A program made the translations under genes and the position numbers. Positions 51,256 through 51,456 of a DNA stretch of 51,456 bases are shown one piece after another. Below the pieces are notes generated by a model that did no database searches, was not told the origin of the DNA, and worked only from the letters and a program-made list of their open reading frames with translations. Each line of letters starts with the position of its first letter. Position 1 is the stretch's first letter. Source of the DNA: Kondoa subrosea (lineage: Eukaryota); the NCBI GenBank assembly GCA_039545335.1, contig BCIN01000001.1:984208-1035663 (forward strand), written 5' to 3'.

Positions 51256-51456
51256 CTGAGTTCACTTCGAGCCATCCTGAAGCAAGAGCTACAAGCAGTC
51301 TTGTCTCGTCTACCGACATATATCACATAAGTTTCTTCTGCTCCTGCCAGAATACGAACAGATCTACCTGATCTAGTGACATTGACTTCTCCTCTACTGA
51401 AGCCTCCACCACTTCTCCATCTTTCTGCCTCGTATGCACTCGACCCAGAGCTAGTT
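51256..51456 (-). pseudogene. Partial second copy of the PRMT5 5' region (repeat copy B), truncated within exon 2; continues beyond the window
   Basis: 94% identical to 46637-46837, with the intron retained. It encodes [18 protein letters not shown] versus [18 protein letters not shown], then runs into unrelated sequence to a stop at 51068. Confidence 0.85.

Noticed and set aside
51256..51362. RIP-like C>T mutation of the PRMT5 duplicate
   Set aside because: CpG-type differences run in both directions between the copies and two are transversions; no directional bias.

Overview
Compact, intron-rich fungal genomic DNA. Introns are mostly ~45-60 nt GT-AG, and the proteins look basidiomycete-like (possibly Pucciniomycotina; this is an inference). 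I spliced genes by hand from the sequence and ORF track. Recognisable genes, left to right: 3' end of a CRIB-like protein, creA/cre1, SAS10/UTP3, MSP1, clathrin heavy chain, an aquaglyceroporin, a BAR-PH-ArfGAP, NADP-glutamate dehydrogenase, an Aly/REF (Yra1-like) export adaptor, a cytochrome P450, BUD32, gankyrin/NAS6, a DHA1-type MFS transporter, a SUN-domain protein, RPP0 and PRMT5 (skb1/HSL7). Three lineage-specific regions stand out. (1) A divergent orphan gene pair at 4.6-8.3 kb, one member ending in a BRPF-like PWWP domain. (2) Two tandem paralogous small single-pass membrane proteins at 13.4-14.8 kb sharing a CKKL-x5-LAC-x2-QYGLL motif and an intron position. (3) A ~4 kb block of orphan or decayed genes (47.26-51.25 kb) holding all seven N bases of the window. 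It lies between PRMT5 and a direct-repeat, polarly diverged partial copy of the PRMT5 5' region that runs off the window end. No tRNA, rRNA, CRISPR array or transposase was recognised. Exon boundaries are manual calls; no database search was possible.
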